Shown here: positions 1 through 9,346 of the stretch, piece after piece
Position numbering within the stretch: the stretch's first letter is position 1
Layout of the letters: every line of letters begins with the position of its first letter
NCBI GenBank assembly: GCA_007376405.1
Contig: VMGD01000006.1
Coordinates: 19,337-83,336, forward strand
Source of the DNA: Microgenomates group bacterium Gr01-1014_7
GTDB taxonomy: Bacteria; Patescibacteriota; Microgenomatia; Daviesbacterales; UBA10151
Direction of reading: 5' to 3'
DNA: 64,000 nucleotides
The notes under the pieces: model-generated
What the model was told of the DNA's origin: nothing
Databases searched by the model: none
Seen by the model: the letters and a program-made list of their open reading frames with translations, nothing else
Program-made: the position numbers and the translations under genes

Positions 1-45
1 AGCTCGTCAAATTCGACGACTTAATGGCAATCTTGGAGTAAAAAT

Positions 46-1665
46 ATGGCTAAGATATTAAGATTTGATAGTGAGGCTAGAGAAAAGTTATTAAAGGGTG
101 TAAATATCCTAACTGAGGCTGTGGCGACAACGCTGGGGCCAAAGGGCAGAAATGTGGCTATTGATAAAAAATGGGGCGCTCCTAATGTGGTCCATGACGG
201 AGTAACAGTTGCCAAGGAAATAGAACTGGAAGATCCATTTGAAAACATGGGGGCCCAGCTTATTAAAGAAGCAGCTTCTAAAACCTCGGATGTGGCCGGA
301 GACGGTACCACCACTGCCACCATTTTGGCTCAGGCTATGGTTTCCGAAGGTTTAAAAAACATTCAGGCTGGCAGCAATCCCATGATTTTGAAAAAGGGCA
401 TGGAAAAGGCAGTTTCCGCGCTTGTAGATGAACTGCGTAAGATGAGCAAAAAGATTACCACCCAGGAAGAGATAGCCCAAGTTGCTACAATTGCCGCTTC
501 AGACCCGGAGATTGGAAGACTGATTGCGGAAGCCTTGCAAAGAGTGGGTAAAGACGGGGTAGTGACAGTTGAAGAAGGCAAAACCATGGAAATGGCCGTT
601 GATTATAAAGAAGGAATGGAGTTTGATAAAGGTTTTGTATCGCCTTATTTTGTGACTGATACTGATAAGATGGAGGCTTCGATTGAAGATGTTTATATTT
701 TAATTACAGATAAAAAAATATCCAGCGCTTCGGATTTAGTGCCGTTTTTAGAAAAATTTGTGGCTGTTTCCAAAAACTTGGTCATTATTGCAGATGAAGT
801 TGAAGGCGAGGCGCTGGCCCTTTTGGTTGTAAACAAACTGCGCGGAACTTTTAATGTTTTGGCAGTTAAAGCCCCCGGATTTGGTGATAGAAGAAAAGAA
901 AGCTTGGAGGATATAGCTATTCTTACTGGTGGGACTGTCCTAAGCGAGGATACGGGTAAAAAATTTGAATCGGTTGAAGTGACGGATTTGGGTCAGGCTG
1001 CAAGGGTTACATCGGATAAAGATCACACTCTCATAGTAGACGGTAAAGGTTCAAAGGCCAAAATTGAGGGAAGAATTGCTCAAATAAGAAGAGAGCTGGC
1101 AGGAAGCGATTCCGAATTTGACAAGGAAAAACTGCAGGAAAGATTGGCCAAGTTAACCGGAGGAGTGGCTGTTGTTAATGTTGGAGCTGCAACAGAGGTT
1201 GAGCTAAAAGAGAAAAAGGAAAGGGTGATTGATGCTGTTGCTGCAACAAAAGCTGCAATTGAGGAAGGAATTGTGGCAGGAGGAGAAGTCACATTTCTGC
1301 GGGTGGCAAAAGTTTTAGAGCTAATAGTTGCTGAGGGTGAAGAAAAAGTAGGAGTTGAGATTGTAAAAAGAGCCCTGGAGCAGCCCTTCAGGCAGCTTAT
1401 TAAAAATGCGGGAATGGATGACGGGGTAGCACTGGCCAAAGTAAGGGATGGTAGCGGATCAATGGGCATTGATGTATTGGATGGAGTTGTGAAAGATTTG
1501 GTCAAGTCAGGTATTATTGATCCTGTTAAAGTAACCCGCTCTGCTTTGCAAAACGGCGCATCTGTTGCAGTAATGATCATGTCAACAGAAGTTCTTATTA
1601 GTGACAAACCGGAACCTCCGGCTCCAACTCCTCCAATGCCTCCAGGTGGAATGGGTGAATATTAA
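46..1665 (+). CDS. groEL: Chaperonin GroEL
   Basis: [27 protein letters not shown] motifs; GGM tail. Confidence 0.99.
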   Translation: MAKILRFDSEAREKLLKGVNILTEAVATTLGPKGRNVAIDKKWGAPNVVHDGVTVAKEIELEDPFENMGAQLIKEAASKTSDVAGDGTTTATILAQAMVSEGLKNIQAGSNPMILKKGMEKAVSALVDELRKMSKKITTQEEIAQVATIAASDPEIGRLIAEALQRVGKDGVVTVEEGKTMEMAVDYKEGMEFDKGFVSPYFVTDTDKMEASIEDVYILITDKKISSASDLVPFLEKFVAVSKNLVIIADEVEGEALALLVVNKLRGTFNVLAVKAPGFGDRRKESLEDIAILTGGTVLSEDTGKKFESVEVTDLGQAARVTSDKDHTLIVDGKGSKAKIEGRIAQIRRELAGSDSEFDKEKLQERLAKLTGGVAVVNVGAATEVELKEKKERVIDAVAATKAAIEEGIVAGGEVTFLRVAKVLELIVAEGEEKVGVEIVKRALEQPFRQLIKNAGMDDGVALAKVRDGSGSMGIDVLDGVVKDLVKSGIIDPVKVTRSALQNGASVAVMIMSTEVLISDKPEPPAPTPPMPPGGMGEY

Positions 1666-1688
1666 AAACTTTTGGTAAAATATTCTTA

Positions 1689-2078
1689 ATGGCAAAACTT
1701 TCCATTAAAACTTCTAAGAAAAAGGAAGTAATTGATATCACTGATCTAATTAACCAAGAGCTGGAAAAGCAAAATTTTAAAAATGGGGTTTGTCATTTAT
1801 TTTTAACTCATACAACAGCGGCTTTAACTACAGCAGATTTGGATCCCGGAACTGATCAGGATTATCTGGATGCATTTGAGGATTTAATCCCTAAATTAAA
1901 TTATCAACATCCTCATGATCCATCTCATACTCCTGACCATATTTTATCCTCCTTAATTGGTACATCCCTGACACTACCTGTTGAAAATGGAAAGTTGGTT
2001 TTAGGCACTTGGCAAAGGTTAGTTTTAATAGAACTGGATGGCCCCCGCGAAAGACAAGTAGTTTTAACTATGTTATAA
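1689..2078 (+). CDS. YjbQ/UPF0047 family protein
   Basis: HTTAAL and LGTWQR..LIELDGPRER motifs. Confidence 0.9.
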   Translation: MAKLSIKTSKKKEVIDITDLINQELEKQNFKNGVCHLFLTHTTAALTTADLDPGTDQDYLDAFEDLIPKLNYQHPHDPSHTPDHILSSLIGTSLTLPVENGKLVLGTWQRLVLIELDGPRERQVVLTML

Positions 2079-2086
2079 TAACTGGT

Positions 2087-2344
2087 ATGACAAAGATTAT
2101 TTCCAACCCCAAAATTTTAGGAGGTAAGCCAGTAATTGCAGGAACCAGAATTTCTGTGGAGCTTATTATGAACTTTTTGGCAGCAGGAATGAGTGTTGAT
2201 GATATCATAAAAGAGTATATAGAGCTTAGAAAAGTTGAGGTTTTGTCGGCAATTGATTATGCTAAAAAACTGGTTAACAAGTCGCAAGTTAAATACCGGC
2301 CAGATGCTACTGTACAAATAGCTCTCCATGAAATTACTCGCTGA
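2087..2344 (+). CDS. DUF433 family antitoxin
   Basis: PKILGGKPVIAGTRISV signature; ATG at 2087 preferred to the ORF-track start. Confidence 0.85.
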   Translation: MTKIISNPKILGGKPVIAGTRISVELIMNFLAAGMSVDDIIKEYIELRKVEVLSAIDYAKKLVNKSQVKYRPDATVQIALHEITR

Positions 2345-2672
2345 TGAAAATTTTCCTCCTACTTTAATTTCCTATTTGCAAAAGAAAAGGCATGATATAA
2401 AAAGAATCCAAAGATCAGCAAAAGGAATTGTAGATTTAAGCGTTTCGGAAAAAGCATTAAAAGAAAGCAGAATTGTCGTTACCTTTGATAAGGATTTTTT
2501 GAAATCAGAACAAGATAGTCAAAATGTAAGGGTGATGATTTTTGATTTTCCCAATATGACACCGGAAGAAATTACCCCATATTTAGATGGTGCAGTTGCA
2601 GTAATAAATAAATTAAGAAAAAAGAAAAAACCATTTATGGTGATTTATTCTAAAGAGGGAATAGCAATATAG
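2328..2672 (+). CDS. DUF5615 PIN-like toxin
   Basis: MKLLADEN start and TFDKDF motif; overlaps the DUF433 gene. Confidence 0.85.
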   Translation: MKLLADENFPPTLISYLQKKRHDIKRIQRSAKGIVDLSVSEKALKESRIVVTFDKDFLKSEQDSQNVRVMIFDFPNMTPEEITPYLDGAVAVINKLRKKKKPFMVIYSKEGIAI

Positions 2673-2725
2673 GATTTGACGGGCCAAGGGAAAGACAAAT
2701 AATTTTGAATTTGATATTATTTTAA

Positions 2726-4219
2726 TTAATAGGGTGCAATTGCTTCTTTCGATAATTCATGAAAGTTTTTACTTTGAGTTCGGGCAGCTGCTCTTCTCTT
2801 GAGTACTCGTCTTTTCATTTCTCTATAAAGCTTAGCTAATGCTAAATCTTCATATGTAATCTTGCTATCCATATATTTTTTCTCAATTTCCCCTTTCTTA
2901 TTATTTCTAGGATTAAAGCGGTAAAGTCCATATTTACGATATTCATCATATTCTTCCCATGTAGCAAATACAGGGCGAGGTGTTTTTGGAATTTGATACG
3001 GATTAACTCTCTGAGGCGTTACAGCATCCTGCCAGTAACCCTCTGGTACAAAAGGGAGAAAATCTCTTTCGTAATCGTAAGCTTTAGCAAGCTCTTGAAG
3101 CAATCTTGTTTCTTCTTCTGGATTATCCGGCACTACGTATGTTTTAAATCTTCCTGCACCAGGATATATTTCTTCTGGAGGCTGGGTAGATTTTTCCTTA
3201 AATTCGTCGTAGTGTTCTATAGTGCCGGAACGTTCCTTTCTAATTGCGCTTTCGATATACTCCTTTCTTTCTTGAGCAGTTGGTGTATTCGTAATTTGGT
3301 TGTAAAAATGGATTAATCGATCCAAAGGCCAAGTACTTAAATCTTCCCAAATAATATTTTCGTTTGGTCCATCTATTTGATCGGTCAGTTCTGTTTGGAA
3401 TTGCGTCATGTTTGCAAGGGGATTAAAATCTCTGGCTGAAAATCTTGGCGGATAAGTAGAAATACGCAATCTGTAAGCAAGACCATGCTGTAGGGTATCA
3501 ATATAGTAATTGCGATGAGGGGTATCCAGTTGCAGGATATTTAAAATATCCAAATTAGGGATAAATAATGGATTTTTGTCCTCTTCACGTCTCAAGCTAT
3601 GGTCAGCAATATTTGAAAGATAAATTACATTATTTAAGTTTTGGAAATCAGGAAGCTGTGCTATATGATGTATAAAATCCGGGTTATTGAATTCCGCTCT
3701 GGCGATAACTAAGTTTCCTTCAGCAGCCAATTTATGTAGTAAAGAAGCATATTTTTTTAGTGCATTTTGATAATACGCCGGATAAGAAGGATCAAATATT
3801 CTTTCTCCATAATCTAATTTGATTGAAGGATCTGCAAGGGTAGTTCTAAATGCCTGAATCATTCTTTCTCCGGCCGCAACAACTTCTGGGTCAATATCAA
3901 ATAAAATGATTGCCCTGGGCTCTACCCCTTCTGGGAAAGCTTCTAGCATAGAGAACACATTAGCAGCGCCAACACCAATCAAATATCCATTCGGGGCTTG
4001 TGGTTGATTTCTAACTTTTTCAAAAAGATTAGGATCGCCGGTTTCGTTTGTTCCACCAATTGCTTCAACTCCGACTTTCTCAAAGTCAGGAGTTTCAATC
4101 ATTGCACCGCTTTGTTTTAGTTTAGCAACGAAAGTCTCGCCGATTCCGGTTTGACGGCCAGCACTTTCCTTAAATTCTATCCCTCCTGCCCCTTGTTCGC
4201 TCATATCTTCATGATACAA
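2726..4219 (-). CDS. Hypothetical protein, possible Rossmann/SAM-binding-like N-terminal half
   Basis: 497-aa ORF with GVGAAN...ILFDID...IYLSNI pattern; family not confidently recognised. Confidence 0.6.
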   Translation of the reverse strand: MYHEDMSEQGAGGIEFKESAGRQTGIGETFVAKLKQSGAMIETPDFEKVGVEAIGGTNETGDPNLFEKVRNQPQAPNGYLIGVGAANVFSMLEAFPEGVEPRAIILFDIDPEVVAAGERMIQAFRTTLADPSIKLDYGERIFDPSYPAYYQNALKKYASLLHKLAAEGNLVIARAEFNNPDFIHHIAQLPDFQNLNNVIYLSNIADHSLRREEDKNPLFIPNLDILNILQLDTPHRNYYIDTLQHGLAYRLRISTYPPRFSARDFNPLANMTQFQTELTDQIDGPNENIIWEDLSTWPLDRLIHFYNQITNTPTAQERKEYIESAIRKERSGTIEHYDEFKEKSTQPPEEIYPGAGRFKTYVVPDNPEEETRLLQELAKAYDYERDFLPFVPEGYWQDAVTPQRVNPYQIPKTPRPVFATWEEYDEYRKYGLYRFNPRNNKKGEIEKKYMDSKITYEDLALAKLYREMKRRVLKRRAAARTQSKNFHELSKEAIAPY

Positions 4220-4227
4220 TACTTTTA

Positions 4228-4821
4228 ATGGCCAAGTTACATTACAAGGAATCTCCTACTCAAAAGCAAAAGGATGCTTTTAAAAAGTATTTATCAGAAG
4301 ATGAGGAGCTGATTTTGGTTACCAGTTTTAGCAAAGCTTACATCCGCTCCAAATTTGTTATTTATCTTTTATTCCCGGGAATTATTTTTTTTGGAGCGGG
4401 TTTGGGATTGGCTTGGCTTTTGGGTTTGAGTAAAGTGTGGGCACTGACTTTAGGTTTTATTTTAATATTTTTATCAGCACTGCTTAAAACAATGCACGTA
4501 TATCATTCAAACCGCTATCTTCTAACAACAAGGAGAGTAATTATTAAAAAGGGTTTATTTTCTGTTAAATTAAATGTAGCACTTTTTGACAAAATCACCC
4601 ATCTGGAAGTTGATCAGTCAATAATTGACAGAATGCTTTTGCATCATGGAACAATTATTGTTAATACTGCCGGATTAAATAAAGGAGAGATAATTTTGAA
4701 ATATGTGGATTATCCGCTGGAGTTAAAGAATTTGCTGGAAAGATTAATAAATCGTGAAAGAGAGCAGTTCGGTCTTACAGGTGTGACTTTAACTGAAGTT
4801 GAAGGGGAAATCATTTCTTAG
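4228..4821 (+). CDS. Membrane protein with bacterial PH domain
   Basis: Two TM segments, then YLLTTRRVIIKKGLF...HGTIIVNTAG. Confidence 0.75.
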   Translation: MAKLHYKESPTQKQKDAFKKYLSEDEELILVTSFSKAYIRSKFVIYLLFPGIIFFGAGLGLAWLLGLSKVWALTLGFILIFLSALLKTMHVYHSNRYLLTTRRVIIKKGLFSVKLNVALFDKITHLEVDQSIIDRMLLHHGTIIVNTAGLNKGEIILKYVDYPLELKNLLERLINREREQFGLTGVTLTEVEGEIIS

Positions 4822-5425
4822 CCAGGTTATCTTTTGGCATGTCGGGGATTTCCGGAAGGAGTTTTTGCGGATCAAGGTAATTTCCGTTTTTGGTTATTTC
4901 CAGGTGTGTATGGGGTCCGGATGTAGCTCCACTCACTCCAACTTGTCCAAGAGTATTTTCGGATGAAATAGCATTTCCCTTTTTAACATAAATTTTGCCC
5001 AGATGAGCATATTTTGATTTAAAGCCGTTTTCATGAGCAACAACTACATAATTTCCCAAACCAAAGATATCCCGACCTACATCTTCAATTACCCCATCTA
5101 GAATTGGATGAAGCGGCAGACCCAGCCCGGCAGCAATATCTATGCCCGGATGATAGTTTGAGTATCTGGTGGATAAGTAACCCGGATGAGGTAACCTTAA
5201 TGGTTTGGAAAAAGAGTTGGAGATAACCTCTCCCTTTTCTTCCAAAGCTTGAGCAAAGACTCCCACTTTCTTAATTGGTGGAAACTCAAGGGTTGGGTAG
5301 TAACCCAGGAAATTTATTAAAATGATAACAACAAAGGAAAGTGTTACTTTCCTGGGCAGAGGATAATGTATTTGAATTTTCAAAACAAACTCCGATATAC
5401 ATCGGAGGGACGCAAAGGATAGCAA
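4811..5425 (-). CDS. M23 family peptidase
   Basis: HPGID, YAHL and GPHTHLE motifs; start uncertain. Confidence 0.9.
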   Translation of the reverse strand: MLSFASLRCISEFVLKIQIHYPLPRKVTLSFVVIILINFLGYYPTLEFPPIKKVGVFAQALEEKGEVISNSFSKPLRLPHPGYLSTRYSNYHPGIDIAAGLGLPLHPILDGVIEDVGRDIFGLGNYVVVAHENGFKSKYAHLGKIYVKKGNAISSENTLGQVGVSGATSGPHTHLEITKNGNYLDPQKLLPEIPDMPKDNLAKK

Positions 5426-5464
5426 ATTTTGCTCTGAAAGTCAAAAATAGAATATAATAGATGA

Positions 5465-6268
5465 ATGAAAAAAATACTAGTTTGGATTTTGGTTTTGATA
5501 AGTATTGCGGCAATTTTTGTAAGATACAGTAATAACATTGCTGAAGTGATCTTTGGCATCAAACAAAAAAGCGGGATCTCGATTCAATCTAGCCCAAACG
5601 AAGCGATAGTTTACCTGGATGAAGTTGCTGTCGGCAAAACTCCGTATGAAGATAAAGATCTGGGAAAAAAAGAATATTTGATTAAACTGGAAAGTGAAGG
5701 CGCTTCCTGGCAGGCAAGAGTTAAGCTCGAGTCCGGAACAGTTACCATTATAAACCGGGATTTGGCTAGGGAAGAGGCTTCCTCTGCAGGAGAAATATTG
5801 AGTTTGGAAAAAGGCCGGGGAATAACTGTTGTTTCAAATCCGTCCGATTCGGAAGTTGAAATTGACGGTAAAGCCTATGGTAAAACTCCCATTAGTATAA
5901 ACTTAGCCGCAGGAGATCACACCCTCACCATTACTCACAAAAACTATTTAAATAGAAGTATAAGAGCAAATCTGCATGAGGGTTTTAATCTGACTGTTTC
6001 GGTTGATCTTGCTTTATCCGAGGCGGATTTAACAAGCATTTCCGCTCCGGTAATTAGTCAAACTCCAGAGGTTGTAGTAAAGCAAACCCCAACAGGATTT
6101 TTGCGGGTGAGGGATAAGGCCTCTCTTTCGGGAAAAGAGATTGGTAGGGTTAATGTCGGAGAAAAATTGGTTTTGCTGGAGGAAACTGAGGGCTGGGATC
6201 GGGTCAGACTTTCAGATGGATCAGAAGGCTTTGTTTCCTCTGCTTATGTTGAAAAGAAAACTCCCTGA
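5465..6268 (+). CDS. PEGA-domain and C-terminal SH3b protein
   Basis: N-terminal TM; two S.P..A.V..D....GKTP repeats; LRVR...GW.RV...GFVS. Confidence 0.85.
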   Translation: MKKILVWILVLISIAAIFVRYSNNIAEVIFGIKQKSGISIQSSPNEAIVYLDEVAVGKTPYEDKDLGKKEYLIKLESEGASWQARVKLESGTVTIINRDLAREEASSAGEILSLEKGRGITVVSNPSDSEVEIDGKAYGKTPISINLAAGDHTLTITHKNYLNRSIRANLHEGFNLTVSVDLALSEADLTSISAPVISQTPEVVVKQTPTGFLRVRDKASLSGKEIGRVNVGEKLVLLEETEGWDRVRLSDGSEGFVSSAYVEKKTP

Positions 6269-6283
6269 TGTTATATTTTATTT

Positions 6284-6544
6284 ATGGAAGACCACGACCG
6301 CGATATAGAATTGAGCAACCAGGCTGCCCAGAGAGCAAGTGGTAGGATTCCAGAAGGGGAGTTTGAAAATATGAATATAAATAGTTATATCGCGTCCCTC
6401 ACTGATATTGCTAATGCCCCACGTACTGTACAAGCCTTTCCTGAAAACAAAAAAAGTCTAGATCGAGCCGCAGGTATGTATGCTTATCTTAGAGACAAGC
6501 ATCATGCTCAAACTGTTGGAGATGCTTTTCAAAGTTTGGCCTGA
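6284..6544 (+). CDS. Hypothetical protein
   Basis: 86-aa ORF only. Confidence 0.5.
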   Translation: MEDHDRDIELSNQAAQRASGRIPEGEFENMNINSYIASLTDIANAPRTVQAFPENKKSLDRAAGMYAYLRDKHHAQTVGDAFQSLA

Positions 6545-6637
6545 CGAGAAGTTGACCCCAAAGTTGTAGGACTCTGGGTTAGCGAGGAAATGGCGGTGAA
6601 TCCTGGACCATTTAATGCCATAGCCTGAAAATTGTCT

Positions 6638-6672
6638 TATACTTAATACTCCATACTATATACTAAATACTA
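6638..6672. repeat. 5 imperfect heptamers (NATACTN)
   Basis: tatactt aatactc catacta tatacta aatacta. Confidence 0.85.
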
Positions 6673-7038
6673 ATTAGTCTTTAGGGATTTGATCAGGCCG
6701 TTGATTAATTTACTGACTTGGACTGATTGTTCTGCTATTTTATTAAAATCTTCTTTTGGCAGATAACCTACGTCTCTGGCTACCAGTAATTGATTTTGCA
6801 GTTCGGTTAATGAACCTTTGGCCATATAATAAAACTGCAATTTTTCCTTTTTAGTTTGCCTTGAGAAGCCTTCAGCAATATTGGAACTAATCGAAACCGC
6901 GCATCTCCTCATCTGGTCAATGAGCGAATACAATTCCTGTCTAGGGAATCTATCTGTAATTCGATAAATCATCAGTACTAAATTATGTGCCTCTTTCCAC
7001 GCTATCAGATCGGTGAATGAGCTTATTTTTGGCCTCAT
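6670..7038 (-). CDS. Four-helix-bundle protein (23S rRNA IVP-like, Avd structural relative)
   Basis: F.DL.AW..A, FP..E.Y.L.DQMRR.AVSI.SNIAEG, AKGSL.E motifs. Confidence 0.92.
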   Translation of the reverse strand: MRPKISSFTDLIAWKEAHNLVLMIYRITDRFPRQELYSLIDQMRRCAVSISSNIAEGFSRQTKKEKLQFYYMAKGSLTELQNQLLVARDVGYLPKEDFNKIAEQSVQVSKLINGLIKSLKTN

Positions 7039-7042
7039 GTTT

Positions 7043-7077
7043 TATACTTAATACTATATACTTAATACTCTATACTC
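7043..7077. repeat. 5 imperfect heptamers (NATACTN)
   Basis: tatactt aatacta tatactt aatactc tatactc. Confidence 0.85.
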
Positions 7078-8010
7078 TTATACCCCTAAATAGTAGATAA
7101 TTCCCACCACCAGGATGATCCAGATGATTGTAGCTGTAAATAAAGGTTTGTCCGAAAGCAAAACCCTCTCCGGGCTCTCCCCCTCTTTTTTCTCATAGAT
7201 AATATAGAGGTATCTCATTACAGCATAAATCACAACAGGTACAGTTGCCATTAAATATTTAGCTTCGGTTAAAGGCAGCTCAAATCCTCCTAAAAGCGTG
7301 GAAATAGATGATCTTGTCTGGATAGGTGGTTGCAAAAAAGCAAAAAAAGCATATGTTAACCAGGCAGATGTTGCAAACATACTTGTTAAAATATCCAGTA
7401 AATTTTCAGGGTAATGTAGTAGGGTTTCCCTATGTTGAGGCGCTGCAGCTTCCATTAAAGTCCTCTCTGACCTTCTTTTTCCGATCGCTAAAAAGAGAGC
7501 AAATGAAGTAATAGATAGTAAAAACCAGACATTAAGATGAGCATCAATTACCCATACTCCGGCGTATACCCTCAAAACAAACCCGGCCGCAATAACTAAA
7601 ACATCCAGTAAAATTATTTTTTTAAGATAAGCGGAATAAAAAAGCTGCAAAACAAGGTATGTAAGGCAGGCAAAGAAAAAAGCCGGTGAAAGCTTATAAG
7701 ATAGGGGAAGAAAGATTACAATGGAACCAAAGGCTAAAGTTACAGCCAGGCTTACCGGAACAATGCCCGATGCGATTGGCCGTTTTTTCTTAAAGGGATG
7801 AAGTAAATCTTTCTCAATGTCAAAAACATCATTTAATAAATAGGTACTGGATGAGAAAATACAAAAAAGCCCGAAAGCCTGCAAGATTTTAATCTGGCTG
7901 CCTAGGTCAAATAAATTTCCTGAAAAAATAAGGGCTGCAAAAACCGCAAAGTTTTTTATCCATTGTCTGGGGCGCGCTGCTTTAAGAATTGCCCAAAAAA
8001 ATTTAACCAT
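7078..8010 (-). CDS. UbiA family prenyltransferase (decaprenyl-phosphate phosphoribosyltransferase-like)
   Basis: RPRQWIKN and ND..D...D..HP.K..RPIASG motifs. Confidence 0.9.
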   Translation of the reverse strand: MVKFFWAILKAARPRQWIKNFAVFAALIFSGNLFDLGSQIKILQAFGLFCIFSSSTYLLNDVFDIEKDLLHPFKKKRPIASGIVPVSLAVTLAFGSIVIFLPLSYKLSPAFFFACLTYLVLQLFYSAYLKKIILLDVLVIAAGFVLRVYAGVWVIDAHLNVWFLLSITSFALFLAIGKRRSERTLMEAAAPQHRETLLHYPENLLDILTSMFATSAWLTYAFFAFLQPPIQTRSSISTLLGGFELPLTEAKYLMATVPVVIYAVMRYLYIIYEKKEGESPERVLLSDKPLFTATIIWIILVVGIIYYLGV

Positions 8011-9026
8011 AAAATACCTCCCAGGATGATACCTCCAACAAGTAGTGCTGCAAACAATTTGCCTTGAGAGGATAAGCTCAGGGCTGCTGCACCCAGAATA
8101 ACACTTCCCAATATATAAAACAAGGAGATTTGAGAGTGACTAAAACCCTGCTCTAAAAGCTTATGGTGCAAATGTCCACTATCTCCCCAGACAGGAGATT
8201 TACCCTGCAGGATTCGGCGCAAAAATGTATAGGTAAAATCGGCTGCTGGGATTAAAAGCACCAGTCCTGCTGTTGCCACTTTCGCACCGGATAAAATAGC
8301 CAAAACAGCAATCATAAATCCCAGGATAGTTGAGCCGGAAAAACCGGGAAAAATTTTGGCCGGGTACCAGTTAAAAACTAAAAGACCCAAAGAGGAGCCA
8401 GCTGTAATAAAGGCCAGTTTGGCCACATTTACTTGGGAGGGGTCTTGCAGAAAAGTAAATTTTAAAGATAGTAAACCTAAGATAACTGCTGCCACGCTAA
8501 CTATTCCGGGCATTTGCCCGTCAACCCCCTTTGACCAGTTAATCATATTCATTACCCAGACAATCCAGATTATTGCCAACAGTTGGGGTAAGTATTGAAA
8601 TATATCCAGATGAATAATTCCACCCAGAGGATTGGTCACAAAATTAATTCCGATTCCACTGACAACAACCACAGCTGCGGCTATAAATTGACTAACAAGT
8701 CGAATGTAAGGGGATAAATTTTGATATTTATCATCTAAAAGTCCAATGAAAAGAAGAATAAATAAAGAAATTAAAATTCCCAAAGTAGTTGCTTGCAAAG
8801 GGATAAAAGCAAATATCGCAACAAAAAGTGCAATAAATACCGGCAAACCTCCTGCTCTTGGAACAATTCTCTGCTGGGTATGAGCGGGGTGAGGTCTAAT
8901 CTTTGGATTGTCCAAGAGATTAAATCTTTTAGCCAAACTAATGGTTGGATGAATTGCAAAAATTGTGATCAAAAAAGCTATGATTGCAGGTAAGAAAAAT
9001 TCCATTTTATAAGAAAAAAATTCCAT
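7956..9026 (-). CDS. MraY/WecA/TagO family polyprenyl-phosphate GlcNAc-1-P transferase
   Basis: PR.GG, GLLDD, N...GVDG and D.GHLHH motifs; many TMs. Confidence 0.9.
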   Translation of the reverse strand: MEFFSYKMEFFLPAIIAFLITIFAIHPTISLAKRFNLLDNPKIRPHPAHTQQRIVPRAGGLPVFIALFVAIFAFIPLQATTLGILISLFILLFIGLLDDKYQNLSPYIRLVSQFIAAAVVVVSGIGINFVTNPLGGIIHLDIFQYLPQLLAIIWIVWVMNMINWSKGVDGQMPGIVSVAAVILGLLSLKFTFLQDPSQVNVAKLAFITAGSSLGLLVFNWYPAKIFPGFSGSTILGFMIAVLAILSGAKVATAGLVLLIPAADFTYTFLRRILQGKSPVWGDSGHLHHKLLEQGFSHSQISLFYILGSVILGAAALSLSSQGKLFAALLVGGIILGGILWLNFFGQFLKQRAPDNG

Positions 9027-9027
9027 T

Positions 9028-9342
9028 TTATAAGAATATTAATACTATTTTTACAAATGTAATAGTTAAAATTAAGCTGACAAGCAAAGAGCAAAATTGC
9101 AAAATCTTTTTAAAAAGGTTTTGAGTTGTATGCAGCTGCCAGGAAATGATTAGATTAAAAAGCGAAATTAAGGCTATGCTTGCCGGCAGTATTAGCAGTT
9201 GTTGAATATTTACCAGTTGACTATCTCCCCATGGAAGAGAGTAAAAAAGAGGTAGTCTTGGTGGTAAAATCCGGGCAAAGATCGCAATAAAAAGAGCAAT
9301 AATTAAAGCAAGTAGCAGAGGTAAGGTAAAAAATTTACTCAT
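9028..9342 (-). CDS. Small membrane protein
   Basis: Three hydrophobic segments, LPP.LPLFYS.PWG. Confidence 0.6.
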   Translation of the reverse strand: MSKFFTLPLLLALIIALFIAIFARILPPRLPLFYSLPWGDSQLVNIQQLLILPASIALISLFNLIISWQLHTTQNLFKKILQFCSLLVSLILTITFVKIVLIFL

Positions 9343-9346
9343 AACT

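Noticed and set aside
1080-1607. Long antisense ORFs opposite groEL, sbcC, dnaK, infB and pnp
   Set aside because: They are shadow ORFs produced by the codon bias of conserved genes on the other strand.
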